Positions 8,854 to 17,859 of a DNA stretch of 24,000 nucleotides are shown piece after piece. The DNA is from Gammaproteobacteria bacterium BRH_c0. Lineage in GTDB: Bacteria; Pseudomonadota; Gammaproteobacteria; Pseudomonadales; Porticoccaceae. Numbering within the stretch: the stretch's first letter is position 1; every line of letters begins with the position of its first letter. The notes below the pieces were generated by a model that saw only the letters and a list, made by a program, of their open reading frames with translations, was not told where the DNA came from and made no database searches. The translations under genes were made by a program, and so were the position numbers. The DNA lies in assembly GCA_000961645.1 (NCBI GenBank), contig LADM01000128.1:9945-33944 (forward strand), written 5' to 3'.

Positions 8854-10383
8854 ATGAACAGGTTGCGCAGGTGGCTTGCGCCCCTGGTTAGGGCTTTCAG
8901 GGACACATTCCCTGCCGCAAGCGTAGCCGTCAACAGGCCGCTGTTACTGGTTGCCCTCTGCAATGGATCAGCGATAGCTGCGATTGGCATCTTTTGGCTT
9001 GTCTACCTGTCGAGTCCAACAGACCTGCCGAGGCCAACAGATCAACTGTATGCAGCCTGGCTGCTGGCCGCCGCTGCCTTTATTCTGTTGACAGGCGTTA
9101 ACGCCTGGTTGCTTCACCATCTGAATAACCGCTTGCTCAAGGATCTTGGCCAATCGCTGGTAGCCATTTCCGAGAAGCGAAAACGTTACCTCTTTCTGCC
9201 CGATTCCCATTCAGAAATATCCTCTGCGCTGGCATTCCACTTCGAGCAACTGATGCTTGAGAATCAGCAGCTGTTTTCAGAAAGTCAGGAAACAGAGGCG
9301 ATCTACAATTCCATTTTGAATACCCAGGAAGAGCTGGTCTTTATCATCGACAAGGACGGGTATATCTCGTACCGAAACCGCGCTTTTGACGCGATGTTTG
9401 GTGCGCCATCGCTGGATTTTGACGAAGACAGTTCGGTTTTTTCAGAGAATCTTTCCTTTCTCATGCAACAGGTTCGCCCCCTTTTCTCCGGTGGTGAAGT
9501 GGTCGCCAGGCAGGCTCACCTGAATTCGCGAATAGATATAAGCGGAAAATCCCGCTTCATTACCTGGACGGTGAATGCGGTCACGGCAGTGGCGCCAGCC
9601 AGAATACTGTTTGTCGGCAGGGACGAGACCGATGAGATGGAAATCCGCCGCAATAACGAACGCCTGCAGCGAATTGCCACCGTGGGCAGGGCGGCGTCAA
9701 CGATATTTCACGAGATCAATCAGCCCCTGTCCATCATGCAGCTATCGTCATTTATGATAAAAACTGATCTCGAGAGCATGGAAAGCGGTCTGTCGCCGCA
9801 AGCGAGAGCGGCACTTCTCAACAACGCCAATATCCTTGAGGGCCAGATAGGGCGGACCAATCAGATTATCAATAACCTGCGACTTTTCCACTCTGGCGAT
9901 AGGAGAAAGCTGAATTTCGAGCTGTTGTCAGTGGGCGCGCTCGTGCGCGAAGCGCTGTCCATGGTGTTGCTGGACCTGCGTGACAACGACATCGATCTGG
10001 ACGCCGGCACAACGGTGGACAGCAAAATCGCCCTCAGCGGCAACATGACACTATTCACCCAGGTGCTCGTCAATATCCTTAAAAATTCGATTCAGATATT
10101 GACGGAAAGCGACCGGGACCGCCCTCGCAAAATCATGCTGTCATCCTCGGTTGATGATCACTGGGTTGCCATCTGCATCGAGGACACCGGCCCCGGTATC
10201 CCGGAGAATGATTTGCTCAAAGTGACAGAACCCTTTTTTACCACCAGGAATGAAGGGTCAGGACTCGGCCTGGCGCTTTGCCTGGATATTCTCAACTCCT
10301 ATGGTGGTGAGTTGACGCTGAGCAATCGCCAGCCCCATGGGCTTGCCACAACCGTCAGACTTCCTCTCGCGGCTCACAACTAA
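8854..10383 (+). CDS. Membrane PAS-domain sensor histidine kinase
   Basis: Two N-terminal hydrophobic segments. PAS-like QETEAIYNSILNTQEELVFIIDKDGYISYRNRAFDAMFG, H-box ASTIFHEINQPLSIMQ, N-box LVNILKNSIQI, G-boxes VAICIEDTGPGIPE and GSGLGLALC. Confidence 0.95.
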   Translation: MNRLRRWLAPLVRAFRDTFPAASVAVNRPLLLVALCNGSAIAAIGIFWLVYLSSPTDLPRPTDQLYAAWLLAAAAFILLTGVNAWLLHHLNNRLLKDLGQSLVAISEKRKRYLFLPDSHSEISSALAFHFEQLMLENQQLFSESQETEAIYNSILNTQEELVFIIDKDGYISYRNRAFDAMFGAPSLDFDEDSSVFSENLSFLMQQVRPLFSGGEVVARQAHLNSRIDISGKSRFITWTVNAVTAVAPARILFVGRDETDEMEIRRNNERLQRIATVGRAASTIFHEINQPLSIMQLSSFMIKTDLESMESGLSPQARAALLNNANILEGQIGRTNQIINNLRLFHSGDRRKLNFELLSVGALVREALSMVLLDLRDNDIDLDAGTTVDSKIALSGNMTLFTQVLVNILKNSIQILTESDRDRPRKIMLSSSVDDHWVAICIEDTGPGIPENDLLKVTEPFFTTRNEGSGLGLALCLDILNSYGGELTLSNRQPHGLATTVRLPLAAHN

Positions 10384-10559
10384 TCTAAACCTTCCTGCAT
10401 TCCCCCCCCACCCCAAAAATGTCCGACGTTACATTACCTGTACATTTCCATACATAAATCATCGGGTCTTGAAAACTGCGCGAGGTTACTATCCCGCTGT
10501 GATTAGTGCGTGATGGATTTCGTTTGCCAAGGCATTTGCCAGGTGCGGAGTGACTCTGG

Positions 10560-10604
10560 GAAACGAACGGATAGGAAACGAGCGGATGGTAAACGAACGG
10601 ATGA
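10560..10604. repeat. Three 15-bp tandem repeats
   Basis: gaaacgaacggatag / gaaacgagcggatgg / taaacgaacggatga. Confidence 0.8.
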
Positions 10605-10638
10605 TGAGTTGGGATCGCATTTGGAAACAGGGGGGCAA

Positions 10639-10944
10639 GTGTTGAAACAGCGTGGATTTGAAAGACGCAGAGGGGAAAAGCCAATCCCTGACGATCTTGT
10701 TTCGTTGCTAAACGCCGAACAGGTACGGGCATTGCCTGAGCTGCATGAAAAGGGGATTGTCCTCTACGCGGTCAGGCGCCCCCTGTTTCAGGAGCCGGTT
10801 TTTATCGTAAAGCTCCCCACCAAGGGGCGGTACGGTGTACTGCTTGAAAACGGCAAGGTCGACTATTTTCCCGATATTCATATCAGGGAGCAGCGCAGCC
10901 CTGATATCGGATTCTCGGATACTTCAACCTCGGCCAAGTTGTAG
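10639..10944 (+). CDS. Hypothetical protein upstream of the pilin operon
   Basis: ORF with plausible GTG start at 10639 (gggggcaaGTGttgaaacag). Protein VLKQRGFERRRGEKPIPDDLVSLLNAEQVRALPELHEKGIVLYAVRRPLFQEPVFIVKLPTKGRYGVLLENGKVDYFPDIHIREQRSPD. Ends 3 bp before the pilE-like ORF. The longer ORF from 10510 includes tandem-repeat sequence and is less likely. Confidence 0.55.
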   Translation: MLKQRGFERRRGEKPIPDDLVSLLNAEQVRALPELHEKGIVLYAVRRPLFQEPVFIVKLPTKGRYGVLLENGKVDYFPDIHIREQRSPDIGFSDTSTSAKL

Positions 10945-10947
10945 GCT

Positions 10948-11418
10948 ATGCCGGCCATGGGTAACAGGACAGTTAAAAACGGGTGGCCAACAAGGATGAG
11001 AACCGGCTCTAAATGCCGCGGCTTTACCTTGCTCGAGATGATGATCGCCGTTCTGATTATCGCCATAGTCGCGGCCATCGCCCTGCCATCCTACCAGCAA
11101 TATATTGAGCGAAGCCGCGCGCGCACGGCTGCTGCTGACCTTATGGCCCTCGCCACCGCCTTCGAGAACCGGTTTCAGCGCCAGCTGAGTTATGCCGCTT
11201 CCGCCACCAGCACGGCCAGTACTGCCGCCACCGCCAATCTGGTGGTGGGGTGGCAGCCTTCCGCCGGTGATTTTTTTACCTACACAGCCAGTGCGACCGC
11301 CAGCACTTACGACCTCACCGCTACAGGCAGCGCTGCAATGAGTGGCTGTACCATCACCCTTGATGAGGCCAATGCCAAGTCTGCCTCCAGCGCCTGCGGG
11401 ATTTCGTCGTCATGGTAA
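10948..11418 (+). CDS. pilE: Type IV pilin / minor pilin (PilE-like)
   Basis: Prepilin motif RGFTLLEMMIAVLIIAIVAAIALPSYQQYIERSRARTAAADLMALATAFE. C-terminal cysteine pair (GCTIT...SACG). Confidence 0.88.
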   Translation: MPAMGNRTVKNGWPTRMRTGSKCRGFTLLEMMIAVLIIAIVAAIALPSYQQYIERSRARTAAADLMALATAFENRFQRQLSYAASATSTASTAATANLVVGWQPSAGDFFTYTASATASTYDLTATGSAAMSGCTITLDEANAKSASSACGISSSW

Positions 11419-11885
11419 GGGGGCACAAGGGCTTCACTCTTATCGAGCTGATGATCACTGTGGCTCTTATAGCCATCCTGGCCATGGCAGCGGTGCCTTT
11501 CACGGCCTCCTGGCTTCACGCAACCCAGGTTCAGACTGCGGGGGCCAATCTGGAGCAGGCCTTTGCCAAAGCGAAGGCGTTGGCGCTGCGTAATCCCGCT
11601 GGCGTCACTGGCAGCGACAGCGCAGCGTCCGTGAAGCTTTCAGGCAGCACCGTGATCGTCTGTGCGGGCGCGCCTGGCGATGCCGGATGCGTTGTGGGCG
11701 GGGGCGCTGTGGCCTGGCAGGGGGATGTGACGGGTGGCGTCACCATTCAGTTGGCGGGCGCCGCGCTCACCTCCATCGTTTTCGACAACTCAGGGCAGGC
11801 GATTGACGCAAGCGGCAACGCTCTGGCCATTCTCGATGTGGATATCGCCAAAGGAGCAGCGAGCCATGACGCCCATCTCTATTAG
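11412..11885 (+). CDS. fimT: GspH/FimT-family pseudopilin
   Basis: KGFTLIELMITVALIAILAMAAVPF followed by GspH/FimT-like C-terminus (VIVCAGAP...WQGDVTGGV...IVFDNSGQA). Overlaps flanking genes. Confidence 0.85.
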   Translation: MVRGHKGFTLIELMITVALIAILAMAAVPFTASWLHATQVQTAGANLEQAFAKAKALALRNPAGVTGSDSAASVKLSGSTVIVCAGAPGDAGCVVGGGAVAWQGDVTGGVTIQLAGAALTSIVFDNSGQAIDASGNALAILDVDIAKGAASHDAHLY

Positions 11886-12285
11886 CAAACACCGCAACCA
11901 GCGCGGCGATATCCTGATCGAAGCGATGGTAGGGGCGCTGCTGGTCAGTGTCATGTTTGCTGCGCTCTCCTATGCGCTGTCGCGAACCCTGGTGTCGCAG
12001 GGCTACGCCAACGCCCAATCTATTGCCCTGCTCGATCTGCGCAACGATGTGCTTCAGACCAAAGGTATCAATGCCCTGTGCGGCGGTGAGAGTCCGGGTT
12101 CAGTGCGCGGAAATCTCACCCTCAGCGCCCAGTGCACCACCGGCGATATTGCTGATGTGGGCATTGCTGGCCAGCAAATGACAATCACCGGCTTTGTCGG
12201 CAGCAGTTTCAGTCTTTCGACCACATCCAGCGCTGCGTCCCAGTCGCGTCTTGGTCAGGATGGCGTGATGATTGTTGACTACTAG
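11866..12285 (+). CDS. pilV: PilV-like type IV pilus minor pilin
   Basis: In-frame ATG at 11866 (MTPISISKHRNQRGDILIEAMVGALLVSVMFAALSYALSR). Position in operon between fimT-like and pilW-like. Upstream extension 11734-11865 is only the overlapping fimT frame. Confidence 0.75.
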   Translation: MTPISISKHRNQRGDILIEAMVGALLVSVMFAALSYALSRTLVSQGYANAQSIALLDLRNDVLQTKGINALCGGESPGSVRGNLTLSAQCTTGDIADVGIAGQQMTITGFVGSSFSLSTTSSAASQSRLGQDGVMIVDY

Positions 12286-12287
12286 CA

Positions 12288-13037
12288 ATGAAACGACAAC
12301 TGGGAATATCGCTTCTCAGCCTGCTGATCGGCCTGCTGGTGTCCATGATTGTGATACTGGGGATGCTGGCCATTTACCGCAGCAGCGTTCAGGTCTCGGT
12401 GCGGGCGGCAGAGGATGCCGCCCAGAGCAACCAGAAGGTATCGGCGCTTCTGCGTGCCGATAAATATCTGCAGTCGGCCGGGTTTGGTGTAATCGACCCG
12501 CAATACGGTGGCGCAAACATTCACCTGATCAGCGGCGCGTCTCTTTCCGGTGGTGCTGGTGGCACCCTGAGCGGAACAGCCCAGACGCCCTCCGGCTCGC
12601 CGCGACAGGCCACCGGCAACGCCATCGTCTGGTACCGGGAAGATGACGCCAATCTCAATGGCACAGTCGAGAATTCGGAAAAAATCTGTGAGGGCCTGCT
12701 GGCAAGGACTGGCGCAAATGGTTTTGATGGCCTTTTACGCTTACTGCCCAAAAACAACTGTGCTGGCGCCAATACCTGGAACAGTATCGACTGGACGGCA
12801 AGTGTCCTGGTCAGCACTCCGCTGCTGGAAAACTATCCGGCGCTGATCATCCAGGTAACAGAGGCCGAGGATTCGGACGATGCCTGTCAGCCCTTCGGTA
12901 TTGGCGACGCCGCCACGCCGGAGAACTCCGCCTCCGGCGCTTTGCTGGTGACGCTTTCGATCGAGGTCAGTACCCAGGACTCGGTGGTTTCCAATACCAC
13001 CTGTCTTGCCAATTTTGCAGTTCCTGCTCCACCCTGA
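12288..13037 (+). CDS. pilW: PilW-like minor pilin
   Basis: MKRQLGISLLSLLIGLLVSMIVILGMLAIYRSS...LLRADKYLQSAGFG, typical of PilW N-terminus and operon order. Confidence 0.8.
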   Translation: MKRQLGISLLSLLIGLLVSMIVILGMLAIYRSSVQVSVRAAEDAAQSNQKVSALLRADKYLQSAGFGVIDPQYGGANIHLISGASLSGGAGGTLSGTAQTPSGSPRQATGNAIVWYREDDANLNGTVENSEKICEGLLARTGANGFDGLLRLLPKNNCAGANTWNSIDWTASVLVSTPLLENYPALIIQVTEAEDSDDACQPFGIGDAATPENSASGALLVTLSIEVSTQDSVVSNTTCLANFAVPAPP

Positions 13038-13046
13038 GGAGGGCCA

Positions 13047-15089
13047 GTGATGCCAACGTCCCACTTTGATTCACCGCGCCGCCAACAGGGCATCGCCACC
13101 ATTCTGGTATTGATTTTCGTGGGCCTGGCGGTTTCCGTTGCTGTGTTCAGTGCTGTCAATCAATTGCGCGGCGCCCAGGAGCAAAGTCTGGCGCTCCATA
13201 CCCAAACTCAGGCGCAGGCCAAAAACTGGGCTGGCGTGGAGATTGTTGCCCAGTATTTTCGCGCCAAGGCGCAGGCCAACCAGTGGCAGGCACTCAAGGA
13301 TGCTGGCAGTCTGGCGGCGGGAACAGCCATCAATATGGGCGTCACCGGCTTGGGGGCCGAGATTGTCAGCTTTCAGGAAGATGTGGATGGCAGTGGCGCC
13401 GACAGGGTCACCCTGGATATATCGGCAATCACCGATGATGCCACACGGGCCGAGGCCAATTCAGCAATCAGGGTGGTTTACCAATACGAGCCTGGCGGTG
13501 GTGGCGGTGGTTCAGGTGGCGGCAGCGATCCGGTAATGACGTTCAATCACGGGCTGCGCCTGGGCGGCAGCATCGTCATCACCACCCCGGCGGACCGGGA
13601 TTACGAGGTCAATGTGCGGGGCGAACTCGACGCCACCTACGGCAACAGCATCAGTGGTGTGGATGTGATCAACGCAACGGATTTTATCGCCATTGGCAGT
13701 GGCTCGTCGTTCAAACGCTTGAACTCCAATGGCGATATCCTCCTCACCGGAAGCGTCACCGGCGATGAAGAACTCAACGCCCGTGGCAATATCTGCCTGA
13801 CGGGCGGTACGGGTGTGGGTAAGGCGCGGGCCAACGGTTCTGTCTATGGCTCGGGGAGCGCCTCGTTCGGCGCCATAGAGGCTATCGGCAACAGCGACTA
13901 CACCGGCAGCAACCCCAAATGTAACAATTACCTTCTCAACGACAGTGGCGGGCAACCCTTTGCCGTCAATATGGCGGGCAATAATGCCGTTGTCAGCGTC
14001 AAGGCCAAGGGCAGTGTGCGCTTCAATTCCGGCACAGTGACTGCCGGTGTGCAGGCCGAAGGCGACCTGCGCGATACCAACTGGGGCGGAAGCCAAAGCG
14101 GTACCATTGGCGGAGTGGTGCAAAATAACGGCAACAACCCCGCCGTGCCAGCCAATATCAACGTGGTTCCGGGGTACAGCGTCGATATCACGCCCGTCGA
14201 GGAGGTTGTTATCCCCACCTCGACCTTTGATGCCTATGCCTACCGCAACAGCGCCAATTACGCCCTTTACATGGAAAGCGGCCAAAAGCGCATTACGGTG
14301 CGCAACGTCTCCGGTATTCCCGATGGCAACTACTATATGGCCTCCAACACCAGTGTCAGCGGGCCAAAATACGACCGCATCTGTAGCAACACCGGTTGTA
14401 CCGGCGCTTCCTACCCCTTTTGCAAGGGCTATTCCGACTACAACAGTTGCTTTGCTTATAATTCAGGCACTCAAACCTGGAGCCTCAACGGTGTCAGCCT
14501 GTCGCCGGGTATTATCTGGGTGGAGGGCAATCTGGCGGCGGGCAATGGCACTTACTACAACACCTTTATCAGCACCGGAAATATCACCACCTCCGGCAGC
14601 CACAAAACCGTTGCCCCCAATTTTGCAGGTTTCGCAGGGGGCAATTTCAACCACGCCGGGGTAAACATCACTTTCTCCGGCATCTGCACCAACGCCACGT
14701 ACCCCCATTACCCTGTGCAATTATGTGGCGACAATGGCAGTTACGATCCTGACGGTTCGGGTGGGCTGACGGACTTCTCCTTTATGGCAGGCAGCCTGAA
14801 CGGCGCAAACTATCAAGGGGGCGATATTTCGCTCGGTGCCAGCACGCTGGCATTTGGCAGTGTGCTGGCCGGCGATACCTATAACAGCGGCGGCAGTACA
14901 ACCATATTCGGCTATGTCACCGCACAGGGGCAGGCCACCATTAACTCACACCAAATGGGCGGCAGCACCCGGATTATCGTTGACGTTTTGCCGCCGACCT
15001 ATGTTCCCAGGGGTAGCATTTCCGTATACCCGCCTGGAGAGGCTGTGGGGTCGCCATCACTTTCTGTGCTCTGGACACGATATCTCTAG
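13047..15089 (+). CDS. pilX: PilX-like minor pilin with very large C-terminal domain (680 aa)
   Basis: N-terminus RRQQGIATILVLIFVGLAVSVAVFSAVNQLRGAQEQSLALHTQTQAQAKNWAGVEIVAQYF is PilX-like. It is followed by linker EPGGGGGGSGGGSDP and a long repetitive, Gly/Ser/Asn/Thr-rich beta-type region with several Cys. Confidence 0.75.
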   Translation: MMPTSHFDSPRRQQGIATILVLIFVGLAVSVAVFSAVNQLRGAQEQSLALHTQTQAQAKNWAGVEIVAQYFRAKAQANQWQALKDAGSLAAGTAINMGVTGLGAEIVSFQEDVDGSGADRVTLDISAITDDATRAEANSAIRVVYQYEPGGGGGGSGGGSDPVMTFNHGLRLGGSIVITTPADRDYEVNVRGELDATYGNSISGVDVINATDFIAIGSGSSFKRLNSNGDILLTGSVTGDEELNARGNICLTGGTGVGKARANGSVYGSGSASFGAIEAIGNSDYTGSNPKCNNYLLNDSGGQPFAVNMAGNNAVVSVKAKGSVRFNSGTVTAGVQAEGDLRDTNWGGSQSGTIGGVVQNNGNNPAVPANINVVPGYSVDITPVEEVVIPTSTFDAYAYRNSANYALYMESGQKRITVRNVSGIPDGNYYMASNTSVSGPKYDRICSNTGCTGASYPFCKGYSDYNSCFAYNSGTQTWSLNGVSLSPGIIWVEGNLAAGNGTYYNTFISTGNITTSGSHKTVAPNFAGFAGGNFNHAGVNITFSGICTNATYPHYPVQLCGDNGSYDPDGSGGLTDFSFMAGSLNGANYQGGDISLGASTLAFGSVLAGDTYNSGGSTTIFGYVTAQGQATINSHQMGGSTRIIVDVLPPTYVPRGSISVYPPGEAVGSPSLSVLWTRYL

Positions 15090-15213
15090 TCCGGGCGTAG
15101 CAAAAGCGGTGGGTTGCTCTGGCTGAAGAAGTCATACATTGTTGACACATTTGACAGGTGTTAAATCAAGAAAGAAGGCTGGCAGTCTCCTACCTTGAGA
15201 AAAGAATATAAAT

Positions 15214-15298
15214 CGTAGGTTGGGCTGACGGAGGATGCCCAACACTACTTCAGAAGCGGAGAGAAAATGTTGGGCTTCCTCCGTCAGCCCAACCTACG
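15214..15298. repeat. Near-perfect palindromic element (31-bp arms, 23-bp loop), REP/MITE-like
   Basis: Left arm cgtaggttgggctgacggaggatgcccaaca (15214-15244); right arm tgttgggcttcctccgtcagcccaacctacg (15268-15298). 30/31 complementary positions. Confidence 0.92.
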
Positions 15299-15371
15299 TG
15301 CTAAATTTGCCAAACGAGACGGACGGCACATTGCCAATCCACACGACACATGCGCGTGGTTGCTGCTTCTG

Positions 15372-17582
15372 CTAACGCCGAGACTGCTCGATTGCCAATT
15401 GAAGATCAGCAACTCGGTCAGCGAATTCACCATCTTGCATGCTTGCCAAGCGCGCGGTCACATGGTCCCAATCGAGAAACCGAGTAACGGTCTCTTTGGC
15501 GAGAGGGTAATAGACTTTGTCACTTATCAACCAGCTCCTAAGCTGGTTCAGGATAGCAAGAAAGCCCTCGTTGGATTCGCTATATTCTCTAACCCACTCC
15601 ACAGCTTGATTGTCTTCAGTTAAGTCTAACCAACCATATAGATAGGCTGAAATATTCGGCAGATTTGGGATCAGCTCTTTTGTATCTTGTCGGCTTAGGC
15701 GCTCTTTCAAGATATCAATAGCTTCATCCAGAACCTCATCCGAAATTTCCCATTGCTCTGAACTCTCTGCTTCGTCTCCAATTCTTCCATGGCGAGAAAG
15801 TTGACTTCTGAAGAACACTCCAACCAACCAATTGATGGCCTTTCCCTCGCGTGCTATCTGTCGGAAAACCGCTGCCTGCCTCTCGGGATTCAATTCCCCT
15901 AATCGCTCAAGGCAGCTTTTCGCAACATCGTTGGCAATCCTGTCAGGCGAGAAAATGAATGCATTAAGCCCGTGATTCTTTTTCATCGCAAAATCCATCA
16001 TTCCGGCTAGCGCTAGGACTATTCCAGCCAGCTGATCTTCATCAAGATCTGATATGTACTTATCGTCTAGCCTATCAAGCACATGCTCAAACCATGTTCT
16101 ACCTGAATTGCGACGCTTCATCGCTTCTTCGGTAAGGCGAGTCGTTAATTGCGCGACATCTTCGCGAGCCATTTCCAATAGAGTATTGAACTCTTGATCT
16201 GGCATGACGGTCTTTGGTCCTGTAAGCGCAAAATAAAATCGATAGTGTAATGGGCTGCCAAGCCGTTTAAGACCGATTGTTTCAGAAACTGCCGACGGAC
16301 TAATCGGGTTAAAAACACGCGCAACGGCTTCTTCTTCAACAGCTACGCCGGGAATGAAACGTTGCAAACACCAAATTGAACCAGTTGACTCCCGGTCTTC
16401 TGAAGGTAAGAGCATCTTTAGCTCTTCACCCATTTTTGCTTTTTCATCTTTTGAAACGGTCGCGTCTCTCGTAATCAATACGGAACGAACCGATAGGTAA
16501 ACCTCAAGCCACTTATATAGTTTATAGTGTGTAGTTTTGATCAGTTGCAGACGGCAAAAATCCGGGAAGTACACATCGTCTTTAACCTGTGGGAACACAA
16601 AACGAATACTGTTCAAAGAAAGTTTGACTTCACGCGGCGTGGATAATCCCTCGCCTTCCCGGTCGACGGCCGACATTAAATCTTCCAATAATGCACCCTC
16701 TAAATTTTTGCCCATTACTTCGCGATAGATGGCTTTCGCCTCTTCTAAGAACTGAGTTCGAAGATCGAATGGCTCTGGAAGTGGAATATTGAAGGTGAGT
16801 TGCACAATTTTCTGAAGAAAAAGATCTCCATCCGCAACTTTAAGGCCTGTCGTCAGCGCATGGGCTAAGACCTCTCTGTCATAACACATCAGGTAAGCGA
16901 CTCTTGGAAAGTCAGCGACCGAACGAACCAACCGAATGACCTCGACCGCTTGTTCAGGTTCGAGGCGGTCAAGATCGTCGAGTATGATAACAAAGCCAAT
17001 ATCTAATTCTTGAAACTTGTGCGCTAATTCTTGCTTAATCTCAGATGGGGTTGGCTCCAAAGGTAACACTTGATCTGCCGCATTTGCCCCTGCTTCCAGA
17101 ACACCACCCAAAGCCTGTGCGCCAGGAATAACGTACCCAGCAACGTTTGCAACCGAAGCGATCCTGCGGGCCGTCTTTGGTCCATAGGCACGGAGTAGTC
17201 GGCCGACATTGGCCATCCTTTCTTTCATTAGGTTCGCTTGCTCTCCACTAGCTAACGCGATTTGTTCTTCTCTCTTCTTCAATATTGCCGTCATTGGCTC
17301 CAGCAAGGACGAGACCAAAGACGAAGTATCCCCATTCAGCCATGGCGCGATTGTAATGGTATGAATTCCATCATCCTGTGCGACCTCTAGTTCGGCTCGA
17401 AGGAAGTTCAAGAGTGATGTCTTGCCTGAGCCCCACCGACCCTCAAGTCCAATGACCATGCCATCACCTTTCGATGCATCAATGATTGATGGCGCGAGTC
17501 GTTTGGCTATGCCTGCGAACCCGAACTGATCCTTTGCCTCGTCTTCGAGTGCGCGGTCTGAATCCAGAGCTGTCGTCATCAC
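15372..17582 (-). CDS. KAP-family P-loop NTPase
   Basis: Walker A VIGLEGRWGSGKTSLLNFL, Walker B FVIILDDLDRLEPEQAVEVIRLVRSVADFPRVAYLMCYDREVLAHAL, as in KAP NTPases. 736 aa. Confidence 0.9.
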   Translation of the reverse strand: MMTTALDSDRALEDEAKDQFGFAGIAKRLAPSIIDASKGDGMVIGLEGRWGSGKTSLLNFLRAELEVAQDDGIHTITIAPWLNGDTSSLVSSLLEPMTAILKKREEQIALASGEQANLMKERMANVGRLLRAYGPKTARRIASVANVAGYVIPGAQALGGVLEAGANAADQVLPLEPTPSEIKQELAHKFQELDIGFVIILDDLDRLEPEQAVEVIRLVRSVADFPRVAYLMCYDREVLAHALTTGLKVADGDLFLQKIVQLTFNIPLPEPFDLRTQFLEEAKAIYREVMGKNLEGALLEDLMSAVDREGEGLSTPREVKLSLNSIRFVFPQVKDDVYFPDFCRLQLIKTTHYKLYKWLEVYLSVRSVLITRDATVSKDEKAKMGEELKMLLPSEDRESTGSIWCLQRFIPGVAVEEEAVARVFNPISPSAVSETIGLKRLGSPLHYRFYFALTGPKTVMPDQEFNTLLEMAREDVAQLTTRLTEEAMKRRNSGRTWFEHVLDRLDDKYISDLDEDQLAGIVLALAGMMDFAMKKNHGLNAFIFSPDRIANDVAKSCLERLGELNPERQAAVFRQIAREGKAINWLVGVFFRSQLSRHGRIGDEAESSEQWEISDEVLDEAIDILKERLSRQDTKELIPNLPNISAYLYGWLDLTEDNQAVEWVREYSESNEGFLAILNQLRSWLISDKVYYPLAKETVTRFLDWDHVTARLASMQDGEFADRVADLQLAIEQSRR

Positions 17583-17820
17583 TTCTCCATTTTAAATTTC
17601 TTGTATCCTAGAGTACTTGCAGATGACTCACCCCAAGTTATGGAGTGTCTGCATGGTGCTTAGCAAAGTCTTTCAGTCCGGAAGCTGCGGTAGCTATCTT
17701 CCTCGCGATTCACGAAACACAAAAGGTCTGCTGTGGGTCGAATAAAGACAATATTTCACCATGAGCCACTTCGATTAATGCTGCTTAAACCAAGTAGCTA
17801 TGAATGATCTGAATTGAATA

Positions 17821-17845
17821 GCGCCCCGAAATATCTCCAGGGCGC
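17821..17845 (-). terminator. Possible hairpin terminator downstream of the SMP-30-like gene
   Basis: gcgccc (17821-17826) and gggcgc (17840-17845) can pair around a 13-nt loop just after the stop at about 17860. No strong U-tract, so tentative. Confidence 0.35.
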
Positions 17846-17859
17846 CACAATCGACATGC

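Noticed and set aside
10385-10732. 115-aa minus-strand ORF with HHPFVYHPLVSYPFVSQ repeats
   Set aside because: The repeat-like peptide is just the translation of the 15-bp DNA tandem repeat. No start context or family.
13512-14285. 257-aa minus-strand ORF
   Set aside because: Shadow of the repetitive PilX-like gene. Composition reflects the opposite strand codon bias.
15139-15162. ttgacacatttgacaggtgttaa looked like a small inverted operator
   Set aside because: The complementary arms are only about 5 bp. Too weak to claim.
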